Assembly: GCA_044892525.1 (NCBI GenBank)
Contig: CM097885.1
Span: 127,410,001-127,474,000 of the forward strand
DNA from: Schmidtea polychroa
Taxonomy: Eukaryota
DNA length: 64,000 bases
Direction of reading: 5' to 3'
The position numbers and the translations under genes are program-made. Below, piece by piece: positions 23,661-38,018 of this stretch. The notes under the pieces were generated by a model that worked only from the letters and a program-made list of their open reading frames with translations, was not told where the DNA came from and ran no database searches. Position 1 is the first letter of the stretch; each line of letters begins with the position of its first letter.

Positions 23661-25880
23661 AGAATCTCTAGGGATGTATGATTAAAAATAATTTAAAATT
23701 GTGAAAATAAATTTGTTTTAATTTATGTTTCTGGGAATATGCAAAACATTAAATGTACAAATCAATAAAATACTAAAACTTTAAAAAATCAATTAAAAAA
23801 ATTAATTAAAATTTTGGAAAAAAATCAAAATGACGTATATATGATGTAAACACAGATATACTAGTATGAAACCGATTGGGGGTCCTCAGAATAAGATATT
23901 CAATAAATACAAACTAATTAAAAATTAATGAATAAGAAACCCGAGCCATTCAAAAAAAAACCCGACACATGGGGGAAGCCCGAGTGGTAGACAAGTAAAC
24001 AATAAAATTAGGCTTTTNNNNNNNNNNNNNNNNNNNNNNNNNNNNNNNNNNNNNNNNNNNNNNNNNNNNNNNNNNNNNNNNNNNNNNNNNNNNNNNNNNN
24101 NNNNNNNNNNNNNNNNNNNNNNNNNNNNNNNNNNNNNNNNNNNNNNNNNNNNNNNNNNNNNAGACTTGAGCCAGTAGCACATATAATGTAAAATGAATAT
24201 TGTCTATTATTGCATATTTTAAATTTTTAAATTGTTATTGTTAAATGATAAATTTAAAAATGAATTAGTATTTTATTATTATTATTATTATTTTAAACTT
24301 ATTATTTTAATTTACTTATATTATTTAGAATATCGATATCATTCGGCGAAAATGTCATCACTCATGGACGGTTAGAATTCTATTTTTTCTGAATGTATTA
24401 TGTAAATGATTTACAATGGAACATGCTGAACATTAATATATGAAAAAGATGACCTATAAATCGTCTCTAAATAATGAATCTTTGAATAATGAAGCTTTGA
24501 TATATTATAAGGAAAGTAAAATTTTTAAAATACTTTTTTATACAGTGCCGTAATATCGCAAATGTAATCGCACTGGGTCCCCAAATATTAAATACATTAG
24601 AAAATCTTCTCCAAAAGCAAAAAGGTATCACGAATTGAAAGAAAAAATCAAAGATGAAAATTCAAAATTCGTTTAACTTTCACACAAATCGAGTTGGCTA
24701 CGATTTATTTTAAAACATATATACCTAATAATTTATTTATTTTTTTCAAGAGCTAGAATAATTGCTTTATAATTTCTTTTTATTATTTTTTTAAATTAAA
24801 ATCAATAAAAATGAATGCAAATAAATTAAAAAAGTTTTTTTTAGTGTCTACACAGGGCCCCCGAAAGCCACACTAAGGCGTTGTTTTTATGTTTAAAAAT
24901 TCATAACAAAACCAAATACATTATAATTAGTATTGAGAAATTTGAAATTTCTTTAAAAAGTAGATTAATGTAACATTTCAGATGATCTTGATCAAGATTT
25001 TTCTTCTAAGTAATTTCTAATCAAACAAATGAATATTAATTAATAATTTCAAGATTCTATATTTCCTTTTCATTCAATGTTTTTAGTTTGCATAGATTTC
25101 TATATTTAATTGTTTATAAAAATTACGCGAGATCAGATAAAAATAATCAAAACGTGAGTGAAGATAATAATATTATCAAAAAATTAACATTTTTTGAATA
25201 TAAAATAAGCTTTGCAGAAATTTTCTATTATTACCCTTTATTAACACAAAGATTCTTTTCTCGTGCCCGATGTTGACCATTCCTGCTCTAGGATCTCAAA
25301 TATATTAATGAATTCAATGATGCCCCACAGCAATGGTACTTACAACCTTTAATATTGCACCACGACGTCTTGGTCTAACATATGTTGGAGGGATGACATC
25401 ATAGATGTAATACTTTCAATTTTACTGCGCATAAATTAAATTGCAGACTGTCACAAAATTAACATCAAATATCATAAAGCTACTGAAAAACAAATTCAAT
25501 ATGTTTTAAAATGTCAGAAGTAAATGTTGCGTAGATGATATTTTTAGTCAGAAAACCAATGCAATGTTTTTATCATAAAAATTAATATATTACTAACAAT
25601 AAAAATGTTTAATTTATATATAAATATCACTTGATAAAGGCACTTCAAAAAATTAATGATTAATATAATAAAAAAACACTTAATCTTTTGTCAATATTAA
25701 AATAAAAGAAATTTCAAAAAGCACATCAAAGGTGACCACAAAACTAAAAATATGACTGATAATAAAATAATTAGTGTTTTATGAAAAACCTTTGTTAAGT
25801 TTTTGTACTCCATTAATTTTTGAATTTTGTCAAATTTTTTGTATTTTAACCGTTTGGTAAATTTTTTATGTATATCTATA

Positions 25881-26762
25881 GATATAAGTAGGTAGTTAGT
25901 AGCTCCCTGCAGCAGTACATCCCCCCTTGCTGTAGAATTTTTTTTTGCTCAACGGTTACGTAACTGGTGTAGTGTGCTATACTTATTTTTTCTGGGATTT
26001 TCAATACAAAAAAGGCCCTATACAAAAAAGTCATGTTTTTTCTGACTATAGTGTGGAGGTCTCGATTGAACCGGGGATTTTCAATACAAATATCAGTCTA
26101 CACTAAAATATTCTTGATTTTTCTGACTATATTGAGCGGTCTCGATTGATACTGGGAATTTCAATACAAATATCAGTCTATAATAAAAAGCCATGATTTT
26201 AATAGTAATTTACTTCAATTTAAAATTTGAGACCATAATTTATGTATTTATCATTAATTTACTATGCTTTTTAGTCGGATTTTGTATTGAAAATTCCAGG
26301 ACCAAGGAGACCCACCCAAATTATATTTAGAAAATTTCATGCTTTTTTATTGAAGACTCACTTTTTGTATTGAAAATATCCCGAGACCTTAAATTACTGA
26401 CTTTTTAGTGAAAGTCAGATTTTGTATTGAAAATCCCAGGGCCAAGCAGATCATCATTATAGTCAGAGAAATCATGGCTTTTTTTCTATAGGACCATTTT
26501 TGTATTGAAATTCCCAGGATCAATCGAGACCCCCTCACTATAGCCAGAGAAATCATGGCTTTTTAGTATAGACTGATATTTGTATTGGAAATCCAAGGTT
26601 CAATCGAGACCCTTATCGAGACACTATAATCAGAAAAAACAGTATTGAAAATCTGTATTGAAAATCCCAGATAAAATAAGTGTAGCACACTGCAGCAGTT
26701 ACTTAACCGTTGAACAAAAAAGATTTTCTGCTGCAGGGAGCTACTAGCTGTCTACTTCTATA
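25881..26762. mobile_element. Foldback-type non-autonomous element with long TIRs and internal ~60-bp subrepeats
   Basis: Left TAGTAGCTCCCTGCAGCAG...CAACGGTTA...ACTTATTTT..TCTGGGATTTTCAATACA is mirrored on the right. Internal GGATTTTCAATACAAA units switch orientation mid-element. Confidence 0.8.
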
Positions 26763-26939
26763 TATATACAATTCCAACAAAATATGGAAAATCGTCGATA
26801 TTGAACTTAGTTGATATTGGGTTGTTGTAGCTTGAATTGATATGAATATATGTCGGATTGACATCTAGTCTAATCAGATTGGATTGAATGTGATTGGTTG
26901 TTTGTTATTTAAATAAATATTTTGAAAACATTTATTTAA

Positions 26940-27170
26940 CCCTTTCATTCGGGAATTAATTTTGTGGGTAAATTTTCTTTTTGCGTGTGCTCTTCACAAA
27001 ATCAACTGAAAAATACTGAAAATGTCACTATTTGGCGCCAAAATTATTAAAATGTACTAGAACAAATTTCAATTTTCTTAAAAAGTACTTCTCACATTAT
27101 ATTTTCGAAAACAACAGATATTAAGCACACAAAACTGTGTACAATATATTGTACACTCCGTATAAAAGGG
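26940..27170. mobile_element. piggyBac-type MITE, 231 bp
   Basis: TTAA on both sides; TIRs CCCTTTCATTCGG / CCGTATAAAAGGG. Confidence 0.8.
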
Positions 27171-28291
27171 TTAACATACAGATTTAACCATTCAATACAT
27201 TTAACTCTCAATATAATATCAAAACTATTTAAAAACATTTTAGACACAAGAGTTCAAAGGATTTTTCAGAATAATTTTTGAATCTAACGATTTTATCAAC
27301 AACGATTCATATATCATACGTTTGCAAAAACTATTAATATTTTTCAATAAAATTTTTAAATCAGATATTCTAATTTTACTCATACATCATTTCTAATGCG
27401 CAATAATATTATTCAATACCTTTGCTCATCATTGTTCAAGAGTCCAAGTACAGAGATGACGGGAAGTTTCTTCAATGTATGTGTGTGATTTCATCTATTA
27501 CGTGCAAATTGAGTTTGGCAACAAAACTTTAGTATAATCATCCCATACACACAATAAATGTTATTTACCTTACCCATAATTTACACATAAATAAAATTAT
27601 ACTAAATTATTATCAAACATGGATTCTTTATACAATTATCATTATTATCAATAATAAAATGATTTTGAATAACATTTGTTCACCAAAAACTCAAAAAATT
27701 AATCAACATGTTTTACTAAATTTGCAAATAAATCCCCTCACAATATTTTTCTAATGCTTAAATTCATAAAAACATTCAAGAAAAGTATAGACAGTATTAG
27801 TTGGCTTTCTATAAGTCTCTGTTTCATAATGTCAATCCTTCCGCTGTAATAACAAGTTCAAGAATACAATGAATAATTTTCTCCCCATTTCACTAGTGAA
27901 TAAAATGTTTTTATTCAAACCTTTTTTATATAATACTAAAATCACTGCACTAGATCAAACCTTAAACTTTTATTATAAAGAAAAAATTCATGTTAATCAC
28001 AAAACTTTTGCAAGCTAAATTATGAGCATACAAATAATAACTGAAATATTGATTTATGCAAAAAAAGATCATAAATAATCAAAAAAATATTGTTTGTTAC
28101 AGTAAATATTTGTTTGTGCTTAAGAAGGGTTTTATTGTTAAACTGATTTCCTAACCAGTTCTGTGTTAATATAAAACACCAAGTTGAGAATTCAGCAAAG
28201 GTTGTTATTACGTAATACATTGCATAGTTAGGTAAAGTAGTAATACCCAATTTTTAATATATATTATTTTTTGGCCAATCCGTGAGATATC

Positions 28292-28509
28292 CCATATATA
28301 CTCGCGTATAAATCGAGTAAATTTTAAGAAGTTTTTAAGTCCTGAATTGGAAACTCGCGTATAAGTCGAAGTAACAAAAATAAAAAAAAAGTTTAATGAT
28401 TTCATTAAAAATTAATTTGTACGTTTTTTGACCCGCGTATAAGTCGAAGTGGTTATGTTGACTTGAAAATTTGACGTAAATTTCTCGGCTTATACGCGAG
28501 TATATACGG
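28292..28509. mobile_element. Tc1/mariner (pogo/Tc2-like) MITE
   Basis: TIR CC(G/A)TATATACTCGCGTATAA at both ends, TA on the right flank, internal CGCGTATAAGTCGAAG repeats. Confidence 0.75.
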
Positions 28510-29312
28510 TATAACTATTTATTTATTTACATGAATGGATTGTTTATTTCTCCTCTATTGGGGAAATAATACTCTTCCGTCTATACTACATGGATTATTA
28601 TTTTTAGTTTAACGCTATTCCTACTTTATGTACCTATTAAATGTTAATTTTTAACTTGGTCGACTATAATTGAGTTTCATCTGTTGATGATTCTATTTGC
28701 AAATTAATAAATAAAACTAATATCGAATTACCATTATTAACATAATATATTTCATTAAATAATTACAAATACATACTAACTGTTAAAACAATTAATTTTA
28801 TTTCTCTAATCATTAAAATCAATTATCTTTTTGTACTCTAGCACTAAAATTATTGGGAAAAATCTATACGCTTCTAGTTTTTACTTCGGATATAAAGATC
28901 TCTCGACCTGGAGCTGGTAAAATTTTTCTTTGAAAAAGATGTCTAAATATTGAAAACAAGCAAAAATACAATATTGTATTTTCAAGGGTTGTTTCTTGAA
29001 AACTGCGAAGATGTTTAATAAAATGAGGCTTTGGAAAATTAGTCATTGTGTTAATTTTCTCTGGATCAATTAGAATACCTTCTCGATTTATGACATGTCC
29101 AAGAAACTTAAATACTGTAACTAAAAAATTGCATTTTTCTAAATAAGAGATTTCTTTTTCAAATTTTCATATCATATTTAATTATTTTCATTTTAGAATT
29201 ACTTCTGTTGTTTAAAGAGATCAATAAAAATTTAGAGGTATTTTTTATTTAATATAAATTTCTAAATTTATTATAAATTGAAAGTTCTATTAGCATATTA
29301 GTTATTTGGTGG

Positions 29313-29539
29313 CGTTGCGGGGGCCCACCAGCTATAGGGGGCCCAAAATTATTACTAAAAAAATATTTACAATCATTTTCTGAAACTTTTTTCCCGCAGT
29401 TATATTGGCCTACAAACAAAAAAAACTATCATTGAATAGCGGCTGCTGTGAATAACTATGTATTAAACTTTAACCGAAAAATTTAAGTGGAAATATTTTA
29501 CATTGCGCGAGGGGCCCAAATTTTGAAGTTCCGCCACTG
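29313..29539. mobile_element. hAT-type MITE with eroded left TIR
   Basis: 8-bp flanking repeat TTTGGTGG; right TIR CCGCCACTG; internal GGGGCCC motifs. Confidence 0.7.
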
Positions 29540-32250
29540 TTTGGTGGCTATTGTTACCTGGAAAAATATTTTTATAAATTCAAAATAAAATTTTTTGTTG
29601 AAATTACAATTAAAAATTATTCCAATGGATGCATAAAATAAATCAAGTTCTCCATTTAGAAAATTTAAAAAAAAATTATTTAAATATAATTTTAAACTTA
29701 TTTCAAATTATATATGACAGTCGAAAAAATACAAAATCAATAAAAATATTTATTAATTTATAAGGAAATAGGTAAAATGAAAGTTATTCCAAGTTAATTA
29801 GTCCAAATATTGAATAAAAACTAAATTGATGTTTTTTTAACAGCTTACTAGAGATAAAACTCACATGAATAGATAATTGTGAAAATCTTCTGAATGATGT
29901 GAAGCATCGAGAATTATTTATAATGGAAATGGTAGTCGTCTAACAAAGTTTATTATAAAAAAATATCCAAGTTTAAAAGATGAAGGAGATTGTAGAATCA
30001 ACTCACAAAAAAGTAAAAGACTTCAAAAAAGAAATGTTGACGAAGAAGTTATATTAACGAGCAATTATATCAATAATTTTCATAAAAATATTTGTAAGAC
30101 TATATAGATCAAAACAATATATACAAAAAATACACAAAACACGGTTGATCAAGACTGTCTGAAAGTCGTGTACTTCATATACGGTTTTGATATAGTCTTG
30201 CAAACATTAATAAGAAAATTATTGGATTAAAAAAACGAAGGTGAAAGATAAATATGAGAAATTATATCACCTAATTATATAAATTGACTTTAAATTATAT
30301 TAACGAGTTTATGATCTAAAATTGACATTAAAGTTCTAAGGGTTACTTCTGAATAATTGAAAAGGACTACACAATAAAGTTAAAGTAAACAATCACTCTA
30401 TTTATTGTACGCAGTTATACTGGCCAATAATTGGTAATATCCTTTTTCACTGACTCATCAAAAATGATCTTAGTCTAAATACATGTTGTGAGCATATATT
30501 TAATTAATTAATTAAAGTTATTGATTAAATTAATTATTAATTTTAACAATTTAATAAACAGCAAAATAATTGAAAATTGTCTGAATGAATGTTGTTGTTT
30601 GATGTGACTTGTCGAATTCCTTATTAATACATTATTGATATTGAAGGATTTTCTTCGGAAAATTATGTTTAAATATTATTATTGGGAAGATTATTTTAAA
30701 TTAATAAATTTTAGTTATAAATTGATTTTTATGGATACCATAAATACAGAAATCACTGTGGCTAATACATGTGAAATTATTTAATTATATTTTAAGTAAA
30801 AATGAATTATTTAACATTACAATTAAATCTACACACTGGATGATAACATATATTATGAAAATTATATAATATTTTATATTATATTAATATTTCTAAATCG
30901 ATTTTGTAAAATAACTAAAAATAAAGTAAATTATATTAAAAGCTTAAATATAATTATTTAATTAAACTTTTTATTTAAACCAATAATTTAGATTGAAGTA
31001 CCACCACCCACCTTGGATCTATTATAATTCAAAGACTACATTTCAGATGATTTCTAATAATTTCAGTATTTCATTATTGACTAATTTGATAAACATAACT
31101 TTTTTTTTCAATTTTGTAATCAAAATATATTTTAATAATCGTTATTCTCATTTAAATATCTATTTGAATAAGTTTAAATTATATACTCCCAATTTGTATT
31201 ACATAGACAATGACCACTTAGTTCAACATTACATAAAAATAGTATTGTTTAAATAGAGTAAGGTTGAGGGGATAACCTAATTTCATTGCGGTTGGTAAGA
31301 AGCTTGCAAGAATAGATCATAACTAGTACTTCATCATTCACAATGCGCTATTTGGGCTGTCCCTTGAACCATTGTATTCTAGGCAACGCTAACATTCACT
31401 GCATTAAATCTTTTCTTTTCTTCGCATTTCACCAGGCATCTGCAATACTATCAGAAAACAACTGTAGCAAAGAATAAATGCATTTAGGTTGATCAAAATT
31501 TTGATAATTTATGAGGAATCGTTGATAAATTATTATTCAAGGTATTATTTAACTCATTAATATTACATTCTTCCTAAAAAGCCCCATGTTTCCGTAGTAT
31601 TTCGGAGGGTCCTAGCTTCTTTTGCAACATTCAAGTTGAGATTACGAAAACATCGTATTACAGATGTTGTAACTATCGAAAACTGCAAATAAACTGTAAA
31701 GCTGTTCTTTTTGGTGCTTATATTGATTATATATTATCGCTTAGTTTTCCTCCATATTATTTTGATTAAACTGTTCTTTCAATTTCGATTCGATAACTTC
31801 ACACGGGTCAGCTTCACTTATTAGACGGCATTCTGGGCTCGTGGGCATTTCACTTGTTGAATAATGTTTTCATGTGCACGAGCACAATATGCACTCAAGC
31901 TTGCAGTAATACTACAATATATCAAGATGCTTTATTTTAAAACAGAAGCCAAAGAGGCTAGAGATCGGACAGAAATAGAATGAGATCAAGATTTGTGTCT
32001 AATGTAAGCGCTCTGATTTGTTATAAGTTATTTCGAAAGTTTCCTCTTCAAATTAAATTATCATAAGCGAGATACTTGAAATTTAAATTTCAGGGATGTA
32101 ACGGATCATTTCGTATTTATGAATAATTTATGAATAATATTTATGAATAATTTTATTTATATTTATGCGCACCTTGTATCATCGTTTGGCTTGCATTATT
32201 TTTTTATTGCTATTATTAATTTTAGTGCGGCTATTCGTATCATCTGTGTG

Positions 32251-32340
<90 letters not shown>
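32251..32340. repeat. (ATT)n microsatellite, inside a ~540-bp segment with imperfect inverted ends (about 31990-32530)
   Basis: About 30 ATT units. Flanks GATTTGTGTC...TTATTTCGAAAGTTT and AAACTTTCGAAATAA...GACACAAATC are inverted copies. Confidence 0.9.
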
Positions 32341-32343
<3 letters not shown>

Positions 32344-35300
32344 ATCATCATTAATATTTATATTATTGTTATTATTACTAGCCTTATTGGTATCACTTCT
32401 AGTATTATTATTATCGTTACTAGGATCACCTTTATGATCATAATAATTATTATAATTATTATAATTATTACGAAACTTTCGAAATAACACATCAGAGCTT
32501 ACATTAGAGATTGGTGTTCATTGACACAAATCACTAGTAATAATAATAATAAATATTGGTTAAAAGAGAACCTTTCATTGTTATTAATATTTTAAGACAT
32601 ACACCTAAATCCAAAATATAAAAGTTTCTACAATCTAAAAAAAATCGATAAAATTACACTATAATAACACACAAACTTACCTGTGTGCAAAAATTTAATG
32701 TTCCGAAAGTTAAAAGTTTTATTATAGGAATTGAGAAAGTGACAGAAAAATAATTTTACATAAAAACACAGCACACATAATATAAAATACACCTAACTGC
32801 GAAATATAACATTATCTATAATCTAAAAAAAATCAATAAATATATATTATAGGAACACACAAACTTACCTGTGTGTAGAAATTTAATGCCGCGAAATTTA
32901 ACATATTTATTATAGGAATCTAAAAAGTGAGAGAAAATAATTAAGCATACAAGCACAGCACACATAATGAAAAATACATACAAAATTAAGTAAAGTGTTT
33001 TTCATGCGAAATATACATTGATTAACATATAATTAACATATCAATATTTTCAAATTATTTAAAAAGTTATGTACAAAAAAACTTTTGAATCAGATTCTGA
33101 CTGCTCTACCTTGAGCTTTAGGGAAAAAGAAGTAAATACATCGTAAGATTTAATTATAAAATAATTTAGAATATAAAATTTCTTTAGATTTACAGATATT
33201 GAAGAAGATCCTTCGACATCTTTGAATTTGCAGGAAAAAAATCGCAAATCGTAAATTTTAATAAATTATTTTAACAAATTAATATTTTCATAGAATTACA
33301 GAAATAGACAAAATTCGAAAGAAGATTACAAAAACTTAAAAAAATATTTTATCCATTCTTTACTAAATGTCTTTAAAAAATAAATGTTTGGTGATTACTT
33401 TATTTATTTATAATTATAAAAATATCTAACTTACATTTTTACGAAATAAATCCAAATAAATCCAAATAAATCCAAATAAAATACCATAAAATTCCTAAAA
33501 AAACACCTGAAATTTAATTATCAATGTTATATATTATCAATATTATAAATGCTGACTAACAGTAATATTTAAGAACTTGAATAATGATCTCATAATTATA
33601 TAAAATCAAAATTCAAGTCCTAAAAATTACTTTAATTCAAAAACTTACCTTAAAACGATTTTTGAAAAATTGAAAAAATGAAATTAAGTTAACATTGTCA
33701 TATAATTGGTGACTCACCTCAGGTGGTGTGCACACCAACGTATATTATAGACAATGTTAACTTTCGCGGTTAGGTGTACACGCAAATTCAATATAGCTTT
33801 TTTTATTCCGAAAGTAGAAAGTAATTAACATATTGTTAACATATCATTAATTTTAAATTATTAAAATTCATGGCTGAAAAAAAATTGGATTTTGAATAGG
33901 ACAACTCAACTTTGAGTTTTCGAGAAAAGGACGACAAAACATCGTAAGATCTATTTATAAAATATTTTTGAAGTTAATATTTCCTTAGATTTTCAGATAT
34001 TTCTTTGGAAACACTTCCATTTTGCGATGGTGAAGATCTGAAAATGTAAGAATCTTTTCATTTAATTACAAATAAATAAAATATTTTACAGCATATCAGA
34101 TATTTCTAGTGTGAAGATATTCAACAAGTTCCATCGACATCTTTGGAATTGAAGAAAAAAATTCGAAAATCGTAAATTTTAATAACTTATTTTAAAAAAT
34201 AATATTTTCATAGAGAAAGAAGATTACAAAAACTTAAAAAAACTATTTTATCCATATAAGCCGCTTTTTTCCTAAATGTCTTAAAAAATAAATGTGTTTG
34301 ATGATTATTTTATTTCTTTTTAGTTAAAAATATATCTAACTTACATTTTATTGAAATAATTCCAAATTCATAACATGTCATAAAATACCTAAAAAACACC
34401 TGAAATATAATTATCAATATATTATAAATGCTGATTACAAGTAATATTTAAGAGCTTGAATAATGATCTCATAATTATATAAAATCAAAATTCAAGCCTT
34501 AAAATATTCTTAAATTTTAAAAACTTACTTCTGAAACCATAAAATAAAATTGAATTGTAAATGAAAAAAATGAAATAAACACTCTCATAAATGGTGAGTC
34601 ATCGACTGATGAACACACCAACATGTATTATAGAGACTTTTAACATGTGGAATTAATTTCATCGATATCCTAACAAATTTGATGTGTTGATTGGAAAGTG
34701 GGTGCGTAGAAGGAAATGAGACGAGAGATAGGATTGTGTAAAGTGCAGAGTAACCAATTGAAATACACCTGTGTGCACTCAATAAACGCACCTATAATAT
34801 AAAACAAAAAATCAATATATGTATATTATATAAACATACAAACTTACTTGTGTGTTGATTTTTAGTGTTGCAATGAATAAACGCATTTAATATAGAAAGT
34901 GAGAAAGTGGTATAAAAAATAAACTGACACACAAAAACACAATACATAGTAAAATATGCATGCAAATTTTCGATATGTAGAATCGTTGCAATGAATAAAC
35001 GCACTATAATAAATCATTTACAGATATTTTTAGAAGTTTTTAGAACAAAAATGAATGAAAATATTGTTAACGAAAATTCCTAAAACTCAACTTTGAGTTC
35101 TATAGATAATGAAGACATTATTTTGTATGATTTATCTTTAATAAATTTAATAGTTCTTTTGTGTTTCACATTGCCCTGAAATCTCAACTTTGCCTTCCGA
35201 TGTTGGGATAAAAACTAAAAAATCGTAAATTTGATTAACCTAAATTTAAAAAATAATATTTCTATAGATTTTTATAATTTCGGGCGATTATTAGGAATTC

Positions 35301-37092
35301 GCAAAGAATCAATCAGAAATATAATTTATAAATATAAAAAATTTAATAAATTGTATTTGTTATTTAATTACTTAATAAAATAATAATACAACTCACATTA
35401 TATTGAAATAATTTCAAATAATAATAATAACATTTAAAAATCCTGAAAAATTAATTAAAAATAATTTATAATAAAAAATGTTGATAAAAAGTATCATTTA
35501 AGAGCTTGAATAATGATCTCATATCTATATGGATCAATATTCAAGCCTTAAAGTTTACTTTAAATGAAAATAAATTACTTGAAAGCCATTTGGATAAATA
35601 TAAAACATTAAAATAGCTAAATAAAATAGCTAAATAAGTAGTTGAATGCATGTAGTTAAATTAACCACATGCATTCCAAAAAATTTCACCATACAGAATG
35701 ACGCATCTATAATTGGTTGTACATACCAACCCATATTATAGATGCGTTTATTCAGTGCAAACGGGTGTAGAAGATCCAATTAACTTTGATAACTTACAGT
35801 CAGGTGGTGTGTGATAGAAAAATTGAATACACCCGTTTGCGAAAGTTAACGTTGAGGTGAGTCACCAATTATATGACAATGTTAACTTAATTTCATTTAT
35901 TCAATTTTTCAAAAATCGTTTTAAGGTAAGATTTTGAATTAAAGTAATTTTTAGGACTTGAATTTTGATTTTATATAATAATGAGATCATTATTCAAGTT
36001 CTTAAATATTATTGTTAGTCATCATTTATAATATAATATATTAAAAATTAAATTTCAGGTGATTTTAGGAATTTTATGATATTTTATTTGGATTTATTTG
36101 GATTTATTTCGTAAAAATGTAAGTTAGATTTTTTATAATTATAAATAAATAAAGTATTCACCAAACATTTATTTTTTAAGACATTTAGGAGAGAATGGAT
36201 AAAATAGTTTTAGTTTTGGTAATCTTCTTTCGAATTTTGTCTTTTCTGTAATTCTATGAAAATATTAATTTGTTAAGATAATTTATTAAAATTTACGATT
36301 TGCGATTTTTTTCCTGCAAATTCAAAGATGTCGAAGGACCTTCTTCAATATCTGTAAATCTAAAGAAATTTTATATTCTAAATTATTTTATAATTAAGTC
36401 TTACGATGGATTTTCTTCTTCTTCTCTAAAGCTCAAGGTAGAGCAGTCGGAATCTGATTCAAAAGTTTTTTTGTGCATAACTTTTTAAATAATTTGAAAA
36501 TATTAATATGTTAATTATATGTTAATCAATGTATATTTCGCAAAAAAAAACACTTTATTAATTTTGTATGTATTTTTCATTATGTGTGCTGTGTTTGTAT
36601 GCTTAATTCTTTTCTCTCACTTTTTAGATTCCTACACCTAATTCCACATGTTAAAAGTCTCTATAATACATGTTGGTGTGTTCATCAATCGATGACTCAC
36701 CATTTATGTGAATGTTTATTTCATTTTGTCATTTTCAATTCAATTTTATTTATGGTTTTAGAAGTAAGGTTTTTAAATTTAAGTATATTTTAAGGCTTGA
36801 ATTTTGATTTTATATAATTATGAGATCACTATTCAAGCTCTTAAATATTACTTATAACCAGCATTTATAATATATTTATAATATATTGATAATTAAATTT
36901 CAGGTGTTTTTAGGTATATTATGACATGTTATGAATTTGGAATTATTTCAATAAAATGTAAGTTAGATTTATTTTTAACTAAAAAGAAATAAAATAATCA
37001 CCAAACACATTTATTTTTTTAAGATATTTAGGCGTATATGGATAAAATTGTTTTTTAAGTTTTTGTAATCTTCTTTCTCTAGCTCAGTTTCA

Positions 37093-37496
37093 ATAGCCTC
37101 TTTGACGATGTAGACTGATTTTGTCATTTTCTGAAATTCTATGAAAATATTAATTTTTTAAAATAAGTTATTAAAATTTACGATTTTCGAATTTTTTTCT
37201 TCAATTCCAAAGATGTCGATGGAACTTGTTGAATATCTTCACACAAAGGCGTTTGACTAGAAATATCTGATATGCTGTAAAATATTTTAATTATTTCTAA
37301 TTAAATAAAAAAATTCTTACATTGTCAGATCTTCACCTTCGCAAAATGGAAATGTCTCCAAAGAAATATCTGAAAATCTAAAGAAATATTAACTTCAAAA
37401 ATATTTTATAAACAGATCTTACGATGTTTTGTCATCTATTTCTCGAAAACTCAAAGTTGAGTTGTCCGATTCAAAATCCAAATTTTTTTCAGCCAT
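37093..37496 (-). CDS. Predicted 4-exon, roughly 90-aa acidic/Ser-rich orphan ORF (unit B-); relatives start at 33069(+), 33870(+, early TAG) and 36478(-)
   Basis: MAEKNLDFESDNSTLSFREIDDKTS / FSDISLETFPFCEGEDLTI / ISDISSQTPLCEDIQQVPSTSLELKKKIRKS / ISENDKISLHRQRGY*, joined by GT-AG introns of about 45 nt, all phase 2. Confidence 0.5.
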
Positions 37497-37846
37497 GAAT
37501 TTTAATAATTTTAAATTAATGATATGTTAACAGTATGTTAATGACTTTCTACTTTCGGAATAAAAAAAGATATATTAAATTTGCGTGTATTTTATATTAT
37601 GTGTGTTGTGTTTGTATGTAAAATTATTTTTCTGTCACTTTCTCAATTCCTATAATAAAACTTTTAACATTCGGAACATTAAATTTTTGCACACAGGTAA
37701 GTTTGTGAGTTGCTATAATATAATTTTATCGATTTTTTTTAGATTATAGAAACTTTTATATTTTGGATTTAGGTGTATAAAAATATGTTGACTTTCACAG
37801 CATTAAATTTTTACACACAGGTAAGTTTGTGTGTTCCTATAATATA

Positions 37847-38018
37847 TATTTATTGATTTTTTTTTAGATTATAGGCTATGTTATATTTCGCAAACGGGTG
37901 TACACCAAACACCACTGAGATACGTTCTCTATTATAGAGAACGTATCTCAGTGGTGTTTGGTGTACACCCGTTTGCGAAATATAACATAGCCTATAATCT
38001 AAAAAAAATCAATAAATA
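37847..38018. repeat. Almost perfect 172-bp palindrome centred at 37933
   Basis: ...GGTGTACACCAAACACCACTGAGATACGTTCTCTAT-T-ATAGAGAACGTATCTCAGTGGTGTTTGGTGTACACC...; one indel in a T-run. Confidence 0.95.

Noticed and set aside
25990-26660. CRISPR-like array
   Set aside because: Eukaryotic context, degenerate units, spacers similar to each other, orientation flips, and no cas genes.
29800-30260. Possible second integrase relic
   Set aside because: Too degraded; no motif could be read with confidence.
31270-31960. Decayed coding-like region on the minus strand, possibly a non-LTR N-terminus
   Set aside because: Many stops and no diagnostic motif I can name.
32143-32490. Poly-Ile and poly-Asn ORFs
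   Set aside because: Translation products of the ATT microsatellite.
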